Origin: Gemmatimonadales bacterium
GTDB lineage: Bacteria > Gemmatimonadota > Gemmatimonadetes > Gemmatimonadales > GWC2-71-9
Direction of reading: 5' to 3'
NCBI GenBank assembly: GCA_038253515.1
Contig: JBBSHB010000004.1
Location: 1 to 50,601, forward strand
Length of the DNA: 50,601 nucleotides
The translations under genes were made by a program, and so were the position numbers. Below, piece by piece: positions 39,415 to 49,535 of this stretch. The stretch's first letter is position 1; each line of letters begins with the position of its first letter. The notes below the pieces were generated by a model that ran no database searches, had not been told where the DNA came from, and worked only from the letters and a program-made list of their open reading frames with translations.

Positions 39415-39834
39415 TTATCCGCCGTACTCGCCGCCGCCCGAGCCTCCTCCGCCGCCGGTTCCCCCATCACCCGCTCCTCCTCCGGCCGGACCGCTGCCCA
39501 CCGTGATCGTTCCCGACATAAGGGCGGCGCCGTGGATGGTGCAGTGAAAGGCGTAGGTCCCAGCGGCCGTAAAGGTCCTCGGCCAGGTACCCGAGGCCTG
39601 GGTCGGGGAGTGCGCGCCATCGGCGAAGGTCACGTTGTGGTCCGTGCCTCCCGGATTCCACACCCAGGTCACGGTCGTTCCGACCGGCACCGTCAGGGTC
39701 GTCGGCGAGAAGAAGTTGTTCCCCACCGTCACCTGGTCGTTGCCCGAGGCAGTGGGAGCCGTGACGTCCGACCCGCCGGAGCACGCACCGCCGGCCAGGA
39801 TGGCGAGACTGGCAAACAATCCACGTCTACTCAT
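39415..39834 (-). CDS. Cupredoxin (plastocyanin/azurin-like) lipoprotein with Gly-rich tail
   Basis: Lipobox GGA-C; Cu ligands HNV and CTIH...M. Confidence 0.88.
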   Translation of the reverse strand: MSRRGLFASLAILAGGACSGGSDVTAPTASGNDQVTVGNNFFSPTTLTVPVGTTVTWVWNPGGTDHNVTFADGAHSPTQASGTWPRTFTAAGTYAFHCTIHGAALMSGTITVGSGPAGGGAGDGGTGGGGGSGGGEYGG

Positions 39835-40024
39835 GGCGTTCCGGTTTCTCCGGGTGGGCGCTCCCGGCCGATTCGGTATCGAGGATAGATAGCCGGAGGA
39901 GGCGGGCTCCGTCTTGAAGCCAGCGAGCCGGCTTGTACGCATCTAGCCCAAGCCTCCTCCGGTGGCCTGGCAACCACGCGCAACGTCACCATCTTTCAGC
40001 AGCGGGCCCTCCCTCGAGGTTACC

Positions 40025-40843
40025 ATGGTCCGAAGACGCCCCGGCCCGCCGACGCCGCGGAAGCTCCGAGCGGCCCGCCTCGCCGGGTTCACGTTGACCG
40101 AGGGCATCCACGCCCATGGCAGCCGCCTCCCATGGCATGCCCACGACGGGTCGACCATCTGCTTCGTGCTGGAGGGGACGTTCACGGAGGTGACGGCCGG
40201 CTCGGCGCTCCTCTGCGTCCCGGGGACCTTGAAGTTCACCCCCGCGGGGGAGCGGCATTACGACCGGTTCGATCGGGGGGACGCCCGGGGACTGTTGATC
40301 GAGGCGGAGCCTCTCCGCATGGAAGCGATCCGTCCCTACTCCGGAGTTCTGGAGGAGCGACTGACGTTCCAGGGCGGCAGGCTCGCGGCGATCACCCGAC
40401 GCATTCATCATGAGCTCCGCCAGATGGACTCGGCGGCCCCGCTCGCCATGGAGGGAATGCTCCTCGAGCTGCTGGCGGCGGCCGCCCGGGAGCAGGAGAT
40501 GCGGCTCACCGGCACCGAGCCGGTCTGGCTCCGCCAGACGCGAGAGATCCTCCACGCCGATCCAGCGACTCACCGGAGCCTGGGCGAGATGGCGGAGGCG
40601 GCGGGAGTTCATCCGGTGACGCTGGCCCGAGCCTTCCGCAAGGCGTACGGCTGCAGCATGGGGGAGTACCTGCGCCGCCTCAGGATCGGCCGGGCCGCTC
40701 CCCAGCTGGCGGAGTCCGCCACACCGCTCGCCGAGATCGCGCTCGCGGCGGGCTTCGCCGACCAGAGCCACTTCTCCAACGTCTTCCGGCGTCAGACCGG
40801 CATGTCTCCATCCGCCTTCCGCCGCGCGGTCCGGACCTCCTGA
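40025..40843 (+). CDS. AraC-family transcriptional regulator with cupin sensor domain
   Basis: PWHAH...H; GVHPVTLARAF and AGFADQSHF..F...GMSP motifs. Confidence 0.92.
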   Translation: MVRRRPGPPTPRKLRAARLAGFTLTEGIHAHGSRLPWHAHDGSTICFVLEGTFTEVTAGSALLCVPGTLKFTPAGERHYDRFDRGDARGLLIEAEPLRMEAIRPYSGVLEERLTFQGGRLAAITRRIHHELRQMDSAAPLAMEGMLLELLAAAAREQEMRLTGTEPVWLRQTREILHADPATHRSLGEMAEAAGVHPVTLARAFRKAYGCSMGEYLRRLRIGRAAPQLAESATPLAEIALAAGFADQSHFSNVFRRQTGMSPSAFRRAVRTS

Positions 40844-40850
40844 GCCGGTC

Positions 40851-41135
40851 CGCTCGCAGACCGACCGTCACGCGGCCTCGGTGGCGCTCTGGTGGATGGC
40901 GCAGAACCTGTGGAACATCTCGGTCTACGTGAGCGATTCTCGGGCCCAGGAGCTGCCCCTGGTGGGTGGCGGCGAGCACGACTGGGCGTACCTGCTCGAG
41001 CGCCTCGACCTGCTTCCCAAGGACCAGGCGATCGGCCGCACGATCCACCTGCTCGGCGTCGGTCTCTTCGCGGCGTCCGTCGTGTGGGGCGTCGCCGCCG
41101 CCGCGCCTAGTCCGGAACCGGCTCCCCGGTCATGA
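40851..41135 (+). pseudogene. 3' remnant of a conserved membrane protein
   Basis: ASVALWW...YVSDSRAQELPLVGGGEHDWAYLL recalls the C-half of a membrane family that usually carries an N-terminal HExGH; no room for the N-half after araC. Confidence 0.55.
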
Positions 41136-41451
41136 GCCGGTCGAGGATGCGCACCATGGTCTCCGCCTCCACCTCGAAGTGGGACGCGGACCAGGCGGCG
41201 ATGCCCGCCAGGAGGATGATCACCTGGGGGGAGGCGTGGATCACCCCGACGCGATCCGCGATCCGGCGCGAGAGCGGCCTGCTCCCGACGACGTCGACCA
41301 GGAAAACCGGCACGTCCCGCTGCCGCCGCAGTGCTCGGACCTCCTCGTACGCCATGCTGCTGCTGGGGCAGATCGGGCTGTGCTTGTACAGCACGGCGAC
41401 GGGAGCCGCCAGGACCGCGGCAAACTCCGCCTCGCTGGCGATCGACGGCAT
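41107..41451 (-). CDS. ytxJ: YtxJ/BrxC-like monothiol thioredoxin-fold protein
   Basis: KHSPICPSS, GVIHASPQVI and WSASH motifs. Confidence 0.85.
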   Translation of the reverse strand: MPSIASEAEFAAVLAAPVAVLYKHSPICPSSSMAYEEVRALRRQRDVPVFLVDVVGSRPLSRRIADRVGVIHASPQVIILLAGIAAWSASHFEVEAETMVRILDRLMTGEPVPD

Positions 41452-41480
41452 GCTCGACACGACGCGGGGCTCGCCGAGGG

Positions 41481-43742
41481 CTACGCGAGCCGCAGGCGCT
41501 CGAGCAGCCGGAGAAACCGAGGATCTCCCCGAAGCGGATCGAGCAGCGGCTCCACCTTGAGATAGGCGAGCCAGCCCCGGCGATCGGTGTAGGCCCGCTC
41601 GAGCCACTCGAAGGCCGCATCCGTGTCGCCCAGCGCGGTGTGCACCGTGGCGAACGCCACCGGTGAGACGTAGTGCTCGCGAGCGGTGGCCGCGAGCCCA
41701 TCGAGCACGGCCCGGGCCTCATCGACCCGGCCCCGGGCAGCCGCAACCGCTCCCAGTCCCGCGGTGGCAAGTGCCGGACTCTCGGAGGAGGCGACCGCCT
41801 CGCGGAAGGCGGCGGCGGCCTCATCGAACATGCGGAGTTGCAGGTAGGCGAGGCCCAGGAGGCGATGGTTCTCTTCGGCGGTCGGATTCATCGCCAGGGC
41901 GCGGCGCAGCTGCTCGAGCGCGTCTTCCGGCCGGCCGGCATAGTAGAGCAGCCACCCTACGCTGCGCCGGATGGAAACCGAGCCCGGGTCCAGCTCTATG
42001 GCCAGCCGTCCCTCCGCCAGGGCCGCTTCGGTCCTGCCCATGGCCATGAGGAACCAGGAGTACCACTGGCGGGCCACGGAGTAGCGCGGGTTGAGCTCCA
42101 GGGCCCGCTGGAACTCCCGCCCGGCGGCCACCCAATCCCAGTCGTAGATGAAGGTCACCCAGGCGAGCGAGGTGTGGGCCTCGGCGAGCGTGTCGTCCAG
42201 CGCCAGCGCGTGACGGGCTTCGACCCTGGCCCGTTCGAGCCCTTCCTGTACCGGCGCTCCGCGATAGTCCACCTGCAGGGCGTACGAATCCGATAACCCG
42301 GTATACGCCAGGGCGTAGTCGGGATCCTCCTGGATGGCCTGCTCGAAGTACTTGATCCCCTCCGCGATGGCTGCCTGGCTCCGGCGGTTCCACCAGAACC
42401 GTCCCTTGAGGTAGAGGTTATAGGCCCGGACGTTGGTGGTGTAGCGGATCGGCACCGGATCGGCCACGTCCCCGAGCAGGGTCGAGCGCAGCGTGGTGAC
42501 GATGGTTCGCGCGATCTCATCCTGGATGGCGAAGACGTCGGCCATCTCCCGGTCGTAGCGCTCCGACCAGAGGGCGCGGCCGTCGCTCGCGCGGGTGAGC
42601 TGCACCGAGATGCGGAGCCGATTCCCCGATGTCCGCACCGATCCCTCCAGCACGGAGGTGACGTTGAGCCGCCCGGCGAGGGTGCGCACGTCCTCCCTGA
42701 GGCCCTTGAGGGCGAAGACCGAGGTGCGGGACGCGACCTGCAGTCCTTCGACCTTGGCCAGGGCGGTGATGATCTCCTCCGTCATGCCGTCGCTGAAATA
42801 CTCGTTCTCCGGATCCGCGCTGGCGTTGACGAAGGGGAGCACGGCGATCGTGGGTGCCGCCACCGCCGCGCCGGCCGTCACCGCCGCCAGGGCTTCCGGC
42901 GCCGGGTCCACCAGGGCGGCCATGAACTCCGCCATGGTGGGGAACCGATCGTCCGGCGATTTGGCCAGCGCCCGAGACAGCGCATGCTCGATCGCCGCGG
43001 GAGCGTTGGGTCTCCGGGTCCCGATCGGTGCGGGAGTCTCGATGGCATGGCGCGCCATGGTGGCTCGGGGCCCGGTCCCCGCGAAGGGGGGCTCACCGGC
43101 CAGCATCTCGTACAACACACACGCCAGGCTGTACTGGTCGCTCCGGCCGTCGATCGCCGGTTCCGCGCTCGCCTGCTCCGGACTCATGTACGCCGGCGTG
43201 CCCACCGCGAAGCCCCGATCGGTGACGTACACGCTGTCCCCCGCCGCAGCCGTGAGGGCGGTCGCCACGCCGAAGTCCGCCACGACCGGCTCACCCTCCT
43301 GCAGCAGGATGTTCTCCGGCTTGATGTCCCGGTGGATCACGTTCAGGCGGTGGGCGTAGGTGAGGGCGGCCCCGACGGCGCGGGTGATCCGAAGCGCCAC
43401 GTCGACCGGGAGCGGCCCCTCCCGGGCAAGCCGGTTGCGGAGGGTCTCGCAGCCCGCATAAGGCATGACGAAGTAAAGCAGCCCGTCGCACTCGCCCGAG
43501 TCGTGGAGCGGAAGGATCTGCGGGTGAGAGAGCCGCGCGGCGATCCGGATCTCCCGCAGGAACCGCTGGGGCTCGTACGCGCCGGGCCGGGTGTCGGGGC
43601 GGAGCACCTTGATCGCCACCTTGCGGGCGTGCTTCACATCCTCGGCCAGGTAGACCGTGGCGGTCCCGCCCCGACCGATCTCCTCCTCGATCAGATAGCG
43701 GTCGGACAGGGCGGTGCGAAGACGGTCGGTGATGTCGGACAC
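41481..43742 (-). CDS. Ser/Thr kinase with TolB-N-like domain and TPR repeats
   Basis: VAIK, HRDIKPEN, DFG; IAVLPFVN...EYFSDG, VLEGSVR; TPRs; C-terminal DPLRGDPRF. Confidence 0.93.
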   Translation of the reverse strand: MSDITDRLRTALSDRYLIEEEIGRGGTATVYLAEDVKHARKVAIKVLRPDTRPGAYEPQRFLREIRIAARLSHPQILPLHDSGECDGLLYFVMPYAGCETLRNRLAREGPLPVDVALRITRAVGAALTYAHRLNVIHRDIKPENILLQEGEPVVADFGVATALTAAAGDSVYVTDRGFAVGTPAYMSPEQASAEPAIDGRSDQYSLACVLYEMLAGEPPFAGTGPRATMARHAIETPAPIGTRRPNAPAAIEHALSRALAKSPDDRFPTMAEFMAALVDPAPEALAAVTAGAAVAAPTIAVLPFVNASADPENEYFSDGMTEEIITALAKVEGLQVASRTSVFALKGLREDVRTLAGRLNVTSVLEGSVRTSGNRLRISVQLTRASDGRALWSERYDREMADVFAIQDEIARTIVTTLRSTLLGDVADPVPIRYTTNVRAYNLYLKGRFWWNRRSQAAIAEGIKYFEQAIQEDPDYALAYTGLSDSYALQVDYRGAPVQEGLERARVEARHALALDDTLAEAHTSLAWVTFIYDWDWVAAGREFQRALELNPRYSVARQWYSWFLMAMGRTEAALAEGRLAIELDPGSVSIRRSVGWLLYYAGRPEDALEQLRRALAMNPTAEENHRLLGLAYLQLRMFDEAAAAFREAVASSESPALATAGLGAVAAARGRVDEARAVLDGLAATAREHYVSPVAFATVHTALGDTDAAFEWLERAYTDRRGWLAYLKVEPLLDPLRGDPRFLRLLERLRLA

Positions 43743-43908
43743 GTGGCGATCGGGCTCCAACCTTTAGATCCGCACGGGGCGCAGTCGGGCGTACGTCCTC
43801 TAAGGGAATCCTTCGGCGCTTTCCGCACAAGGCGGGAGCGCACGACAAGGTTCCGATACGTCCCCGACCCGCGCGCGCGACACCAGCCGCTGGGTCGAAC
43901 GGCTCAGC

Positions 43909-46038
43909 TCATGCCGGGAAGTACCGCTCGCTGTGACGCGCCATCTCGATCAGGCTCTCGGAGGGAGCGAACCGGCTGCCGTGCTGATCGCGGAGGTCGT
44001 GCAGCACCTCCACCACCCGGGCGGCGCCCAGATCGTCGATCATGCGGAGCGGGCCGCCGCGGAAGGCGGGAAAGCCGATGCCGAACAGGGCGCCGATGTC
44101 ACCGTCGCGAGCGCTGCGCACGACGCCGTCGGCGAAGGCCATCGCCGCCTCGTTGAGCATGGCGTAGACCAGCCGGCGCTCGACCCGGGTGGTATCGGCA
44201 CCGTCGACCGGGCGGACGCCGAGCAGCCGGTACACGGCATCATCCGGGCCCGCCTTGTGTCCTTCGCGATAGCGATAGAAGCCCCGCCCGCTCTTTCGGC
44301 CGAGCCGGCCGGTCTCGATCATCCGGCCGATGGTCTCCGCCGGCCGCAGGCGGTCTCCCAGCGCCTGATGCATCACCCCGCCGGCCTTCTGCGCCACGTC
44401 GAGCCCCACCTCGTCGAGCAGCGCCACCGGTCCCACGGGAAAGCCCCACTCGGTCATGACGCGATCGATCAGCTCGATCGGCAGGCCTTCCCGCACCAGG
44501 AGTCCGGCCTCGTTCAGGTAGGGCGAGAGGATCCGGTTGACCCAGAACCCGGGATGATCCGCCACCACGATGACCGTCTTGCCCATCCGCCGCCCGAAGC
44601 GGACCGCGGTGACGATCGCCTCGGGACCGGTGAGCCCGGTGGGGATCACCTCCAGCAGCGGCATCTTCTCGACCGGCGAGAAGAAGTGCATCCCCAGCAC
44701 CCGCTCCGGGCGTTCGGCGTGGGCGGCGATGTCGCGAATGGGAATGGTCGAGGTATTGCTCGCGAAGATGGTGTCGGGCCGTCCCACCGCCTCGACCTCC
44801 GCCAGCACCCGCCGCTTGAGCTCCAGGTCCTCGAAGACCGCCTCGATGACCAGATCGGCCCGGGCGAATCCGCTGAAATCGGTCCCACCCGAGATCAACC
44901 CGCTCAGCCGCTCGAACTCCGGCCGGGTGAGTCGCCGACGCTTGAGCCGCTGCTCCAGCACGCTGGTCGCGGCCTTGATGCCCTGGCCGACGCGGGCCAG
45001 GTCGGCGTCCTTGAGCCGGGTATCGACCTCGACGTTGAGTACCGCGGTGCCGGCGATGCCGGCGCCCATGAATCCGGCGCCCACGATTCCCAAGCGGCGC
45101 ACCTGGCGGGACACGGCGGTGCCGGACGGGATCCCGTCGTCCTTCTTGAGGGCGGAAGTGGCGAAGAAGATCTGCACCAGCTTCCGGGACACGTCGCCCA
45201 CCGCCAGCTCGCCGAAGCTCCGGTGCTCTTCCGCGAGGCCCGCCGTGATGCCTTGCTCCAGGCCCACCCGCACCACCTCGAGCGCGGCGAGCGGCGCGGG
45301 ATAATGCCCGCCGGTCTTCTCCTGCACCTGCCGGGCGGCGGTCCGGTAGACCATTCGCCGACCCGCCGTCGTGCCCTCCAGCAGCAAGGCGGGGAGGCTC
45401 CGCTTGAGCGTCCGGCGCGGCAGACCCTCGCGCGCCAGCCGGTCCGCCGCCGCCACGGCCGCGGCGCGGAGGATGCTGGGCGGGACCAGCTCGTCGACCA
45501 GTCCGAGACGATGCGCCTTCTGGCCCCGCTCGCTCTTGCCCGCCAGGATGATGTCGAGTCCCGCGCGGAGCCCGATGAGCCGGGGCAGGCGCTGGGTGCC
45601 CCCGGCCCCCGGGATGACGCCGAGCTGCACCTCGGGCAGGCCGAGCTGAGTCTTGGGATGATCGGTGGCGATGCGGTAGTGGCAGGCGAGTGCCAGCTCG
45701 AGACCAGCGCCGAGGCAGGCGCCGTGGATCGCGGCCACCACCGGCTTGGCCAGCGTCTCGACCCGGCTCAACATCTCCTGGCCCTCGAAGCTCAGCCGCT
45801 CCGCGGCCGACTGGGTGGTGAGCGCGGTGAACTCATCGATGTCGGCCCCGGCGATGAAGCTGTCGGGCTTACCCGAAATCAGCACCGCCGCGCGGACCGC
45901 GGAATCGTCGCGCAGGCCGATGAGCAAGGCCTCGAACTCCACCCGTACCGCGCCGTTGAGCTTGTTGACGGGCTCGCCCGGCAGATCGAAGGTGATGACC
46001 GCGATTCCGTCCTCGATGACAGTCGAGAAAGCGGACAC
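43909..46038 (-). CDS. fadJ: Fatty acid oxidation complex alpha subunit (enoyl-CoA hydratase / 3-hydroxyacyl-CoA dehydrogenase)
   Basis: FIAGADI, LPEVQLG, GAGFMGAGIA, ASNTST and MHFFSPVEKMPL; GTG overlaps the thiolase stop. Confidence 0.93.
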   Translation of the reverse strand: MSAFSTVIEDGIAVITFDLPGEPVNKLNGAVRVEFEALLIGLRDDSAVRAAVLISGKPDSFIAGADIDEFTALTTQSAAERLSFEGQEMLSRVETLAKPVVAAIHGACLGAGLELALACHYRIATDHPKTQLGLPEVQLGVIPGAGGTQRLPRLIGLRAGLDIILAGKSERGQKAHRLGLVDELVPPSILRAAAVAAADRLAREGLPRRTLKRSLPALLLEGTTAGRRMVYRTAARQVQEKTGGHYPAPLAALEVVRVGLEQGITAGLAEEHRSFGELAVGDVSRKLVQIFFATSALKKDDGIPSGTAVSRQVRRLGIVGAGFMGAGIAGTAVLNVEVDTRLKDADLARVGQGIKAATSVLEQRLKRRRLTRPEFERLSGLISGGTDFSGFARADLVIEAVFEDLELKRRVLAEVEAVGRPDTIFASNTSTIPIRDIAAHAERPERVLGMHFFSPVEKMPLLEVIPTGLTGPEAIVTAVRFGRRMGKTVIVVADHPGFWVNRILSPYLNEAGLLVREGLPIELIDRVMTEWGFPVGPVALLDEVGLDVAQKAGGVMHQALGDRLRPAETIGRMIETGRLGRKSGRGFYRYREGHKAGPDDAVYRLLGVRPVDGADTTRVERRLVYAMLNEAAMAFADGVVRSARDGDIGALFGIGFPAFRGGPLRMIDDLGAARVVEVLHDLRDQHGSRFAPSESLIEMARHSERYFPA

Positions 46039-47333
46039 TACTCGCGCTCCAGGACCATCGCGTAGCCCATTCCGCCCTGGGCGCAGATCGAGATCAGCCC
46101 GAACTGCACGTCCCGCCGCCGCATCTCGTTGGCCAGGGTGGTAACCAGTCGCCCGCCGGTGGCCGCGAAGGGGTGCCCGATGGCGATCGACCCGCCCATC
46201 ACGTTGGTCCGCTCCCAATCCACCTCGCCCACCGGTTCCGCCAGGCCGAGTCGTTCCGCCCACGCCGTGGAGCCCCACGCCTGTACGTTGGAGAGCACCT
46301 GCGCCGCGAAGGCCTCGTGGATCTCGACCAGTCCCAGCTCGGACCACGGAAGCCCGGCACGCCCGAGCGCTTCGGGCACGGCGTACGCCGGCCCCATCAG
46401 CAGTTGCCAGCGAGGATCCACCGCGCTCACCGCATAGCTCCTGAGGTACGCCAGCGGCTGGTAGCCCAGTGCCCGCGCCTTCTCCTCCGCCATGAGCAAC
46501 ACCGCGGAGGCGCCGTCGGTGAGAGGAGAGGAGTTCCCCGCGGTGACCGAGCCGTAGCGACGGTCGAACACCGGCGGGAGCTTCGCCAGCGCCTCCAGCG
46601 ACGTGTGCTCCCGGATTCCGTTGTCGGTCGCCACGATCTCATCCATCCCCGGGCCCCCGAACCAGGGCGTGATCTCGGCCGTGAGCCGGCCGTCCTGGGT
46701 GGCCGCGGCCGCGCGCTGATGGCTGGTCAGCGCCAGCTGGTCCTGCGCCTCCCGACTGATGCCGTTCTCCTTGGCCATCTTCTCGGCCGACTGGCCCATG
46801 CTCTCCCCGGTCGAGGGCTCGGCGATGGCGGGGGTCAAGGGAATGAGGTCGCGCGGGCGCACCCGGCCAAGCGCGGCGACGCGGGCGCCGAACGATCGCG
46901 CCTTCCCGGCTTCGACCAGGATGCGGCTCATCCGGCGGGAATGCAGGATCGGGATATCGGAGAGCGACTCGACGCCCCCCGCGAGCACCACATCGGCATG
47001 GCCCAGCGTGATCTGATCGGCGGCGTTGCTGATCGCCTGGGCGGCCGAGGCGCAGGCGCGGTTCAGGGTGTAGGCGGGGACGCTGGGGAGTAGTTGAGGG
47101 AGCAGGCTCACCTCCCGCGCGACGTTCGGGGTGAGCACCGAGGCGACGACCTGGCTGAAGATGACCTGGTCGATCTCCCGGCCGTCGATGTCGCTCCGGT
47201 AGAGCAGCTCCCGGGCGACGTGCCGCGCCAGGGCAACCGCGGGCACGTCGCGGAAGACCGTCCCGCTCTTGGCGAAGGGGGTACGCAGACCGGCGACGAT
47301 CGCGACCCGCCGATCCGATCGAAGGTCCGGCAT
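46038..47333 (-). CDS. fadI: 3-ketoacyl-CoA thiolase
   Basis: NRACAS, HEAFAAQ, GHPFAATG and CAQGG motifs. Confidence 0.93.
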   Translation of the reverse strand: MPDLRSDRRVAIVAGLRTPFAKSGTVFRDVPAVALARHVARELLYRSDIDGREIDQVIFSQVVASVLTPNVAREVSLLPQLLPSVPAYTLNRACASAAQAISNAADQITLGHADVVLAGGVESLSDIPILHSRRMSRILVEAGKARSFGARVAALGRVRPRDLIPLTPAIAEPSTGESMGQSAEKMAKENGISREAQDQLALTSHQRAAAATQDGRLTAEITPWFGGPGMDEIVATDNGIREHTSLEALAKLPPVFDRRYGSVTAGNSSPLTDGASAVLLMAEEKARALGYQPLAYLRSYAVSAVDPRWQLLMGPAYAVPEALGRAGLPWSELGLVEIHEAFAAQVLSNVQAWGSTAWAERLGLAEPVGEVDWERTNVMGGSIAIGHPFAATGGRLVTTLANEMRRRDVQFGLISICAQGGMGYAMVLERE

Positions 47334-47363
47334 GTTGCCTCGGGATGAGGATCGGTCGATACT

Positions 47364-47912
47364 TTACGACGATTTCCGGGCCACGATGCTCGCCAGTGCC
47401 CGCCACCGCTCGGCGTCGATCGGCTCCAGCACCTCGCGCCCGTGCAGGATCCGCAGCGGGCTCACCAGCTCCGCCAGCTCTCCCGGGCGGAGGAGATGAT
47501 CGTCCGAGGTCGGACCCCAGCCGAGCTCGCGCTGGCGGGTGAGGAACGTCTCCATCATCAGTAGACCGCCGGGGGCCACCAGCTCGCGAATGTCGGGCAT
47601 CCGTGTCCGGTCAAGATAATTGAACAGCAGAATCGCATCAAAACGGCCGAAGTCGGGCCACGGTCCCTCGAGGTCCACGATGCGCCACTCGATCGAGAGG
47701 CCCTGCGCCTCCGCCAGCTCGCGCGCCGTGGCGATCCGGGTCTCGTCCCGGTCCACCCCGGTGACGCGCGCGCCCAGCGCCGCCGCGGCCAGGCTGTGCC
47801 GGCCCTCGCCACAGGCGAGATCGAGCACCTCCGCGCCGGGACGCACCCGATGAGCGTGCCACAGAAACCAGGTGCTGGGCCGGGGGATCCGCGAGACGGG
47901 CGGCAGGGTCAC
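47364..47912 (-). CDS. Class I SAM-dependent methyltransferase (TehB-like)
   Basis: VLDLACGEGRH, FNYLDR and LLRPGEL motifs. Confidence 0.88.
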   Translation of the reverse strand: MTLPPVSRIPRPSTWFLWHAHRVRPGAEVLDLACGEGRHSLAAAALGARVTGVDRDETRIATARELAEAQGLSIEWRIVDLEGPWPDFGRFDAILLFNYLDRTRMPDIRELVAPGGLLMMETFLTRQRELGWGPTSDDHLLRPGELAELVSPLRILHGREVLEPIDAERWRALASIVARKSS

Positions 47913-47939
47913 GGGGCGGGTTCCTCAGAGCGGGCGACG

Positions 47940-49535
47940 ATGGACCAGCTCACCGCGCAACCGGCCGACGTGCTGGTGATTGGCGGTGGGATCACCGGAG
48001 CCGGCGTGGCACGGGACGCGGCCATGCGGGGACTCCGCACCGTGCTCGTCGAGCAGAATGACCTCGGATCGGGCACCAGCTCGCGCTCGAGCCGGCTCAT
48101 TCACGGTGGGCTGCGCTACCTCGAGACCGGCGATCTGCGCCTGGTGCTCGAGGCCAACCGGGAGCGACGGATCCTCCTTCGCATCGCTCCCCATCTGGTC
48201 TGGCCGCTCCCCTTCATCTTCCCTCTCCACCGAGGCGACCGGCTCTCACCCTGGCGCCTGGCCGCCGGGATGTTGCTGTACGACGCCCTGGCGCTGTTCC
48301 GCAATGTGCGGGGCCACCGCATGTTGGGCAAGCGGGCGCTGCTCGAGGCGGAGCCGATGCTGCGGGAGCGCGGTCTCCTGGGCGGCGCCCGGTTCTACGA
48401 CGCGCAGTGCGACGATGCCCGCCTGGTGCTCGCGACCGCCCGCTCGGCCATGCACCACGGCGCGCTGGTGGCGAACTACACCGCGGTCCGTACGCTGGAG
48501 CGCACGGCCGGGCGGGTGGTCGGCGCCCAGCTCGAGGACCTGCTCACGGGCGGGCGGGGCGCGATCCGCGCAAGTGTGGTCGTGAATGCTACCGGCCCCT
48601 GGGCGGACCGGGTGCGGACCCTGGAAGACGGCGGCGCCACCCCCCTGCTGCAGGCCACCAAGGGAATCCACATCGTGGTGGAGCGTGCCCGGCTGGACCA
48701 CCGCGACGCGATCATCTTCCTCAGCCCGATCGACGGCCGGGTCCTCTTCATCCTGCCGTGGCGCGATCTTTCCTATATCGGCACCACCGACACCGACACC
48801 AGCGAGCCGCCCGAGCGGTTGACCATCTCCCCCGACGACGTGGTCTACCTGCTTCGCTCGGCCAACGCCCGCTTTCCCAACGCGCGTCTGGGGGTGGAAG
48901 ACGTGCGCGCCTCGTGGGCCGGGCTCCGGCCGCTGCTTGCCGACCGCGAGCGAAGGGCCGCGTCGCGCCGCTCCCGTGAGCATCTGATCGTCCAGGGCTC
49001 AGGGGGGATGCTGACCGTGGTGGGGGGGAAGCTCACCACCTATCGCTCCATGGCCCGGGAAGTCGTGGACCGTGCGGTGCGCGAGCTCCGCTTCCGCGAT
49101 GGGCGGACTCGGCCGACCGAGTCGCGCACCGACCTGGAGTCGCTCCCCGGCGGTGAGGCGGCGGACCTGAGCTCGTTCCGTGAGGGTGGGCTCGAGCTGG
49201 GCGTGACCCCCGAGAGCGTGGACCATCTGCTCCGGCACTACGGCACCGAGTCCGCCGGCATCTACAACCTCGGCGCCGGGGAACGACCGCTGCTCCGGCG
49301 GCTGGCTCCGCCCCATCCGGCGATCGAGGCCGAGGTGATTCACGCGGTGCGCCGCGAGCTGGCGCAGACGGTGGAGGACGTGATGGTCCGGCGCACCCAC
49401 CTGTACTACGAGGCCCCGGAGCACGGCGTGTCGGCGACGCGCCGGGTGGCCGAGCTGATGGGCCGGGAGCGCTCCTGGGATGACGGGCGGATCGCGGCCG
49501 AAGCGACGCGCTACACGGAGTTCGCCGCGCGGTGA
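47940..49535 (+). CDS. glpD: FAD-dependent glycerol-3-phosphate dehydrogenase
   Basis: VIGGGITG, GTSSRSSRLIHGGLRYLE, NATGPW and GGKLTTYR motifs. Confidence 0.94.
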   Translation: MDQLTAQPADVLVIGGGITGAGVARDAAMRGLRTVLVEQNDLGSGTSSRSSRLIHGGLRYLETGDLRLVLEANRERRILLRIAPHLVWPLPFIFPLHRGDRLSPWRLAAGMLLYDALALFRNVRGHRMLGKRALLEAEPMLRERGLLGGARFYDAQCDDARLVLATARSAMHHGALVANYTAVRTLERTAGRVVGAQLEDLLTGGRGAIRASVVVNATGPWADRVRTLEDGGATPLLQATKGIHIVVERARLDHRDAIIFLSPIDGRVLFILPWRDLSYIGTTDTDTSEPPERLTISPDDVVYLLRSANARFPNARLGVEDVRASWAGLRPLLADRERRAASRRSREHLIVQGSGGMLTVVGGKLTTYRSMAREVVDRAVRELRFRDGRTRPTESRTDLESLPGGEAADLSSFREGGLELGVTPESVDHLLRHYGTESAGIYNLGAGERPLLRRLAPPHPAIEAEVIHAVRRELAQTVEDVMVRRTHLYYEAPEHGVSATRRVAELMGRERSWDDGRIAAEATRYTEFAAR

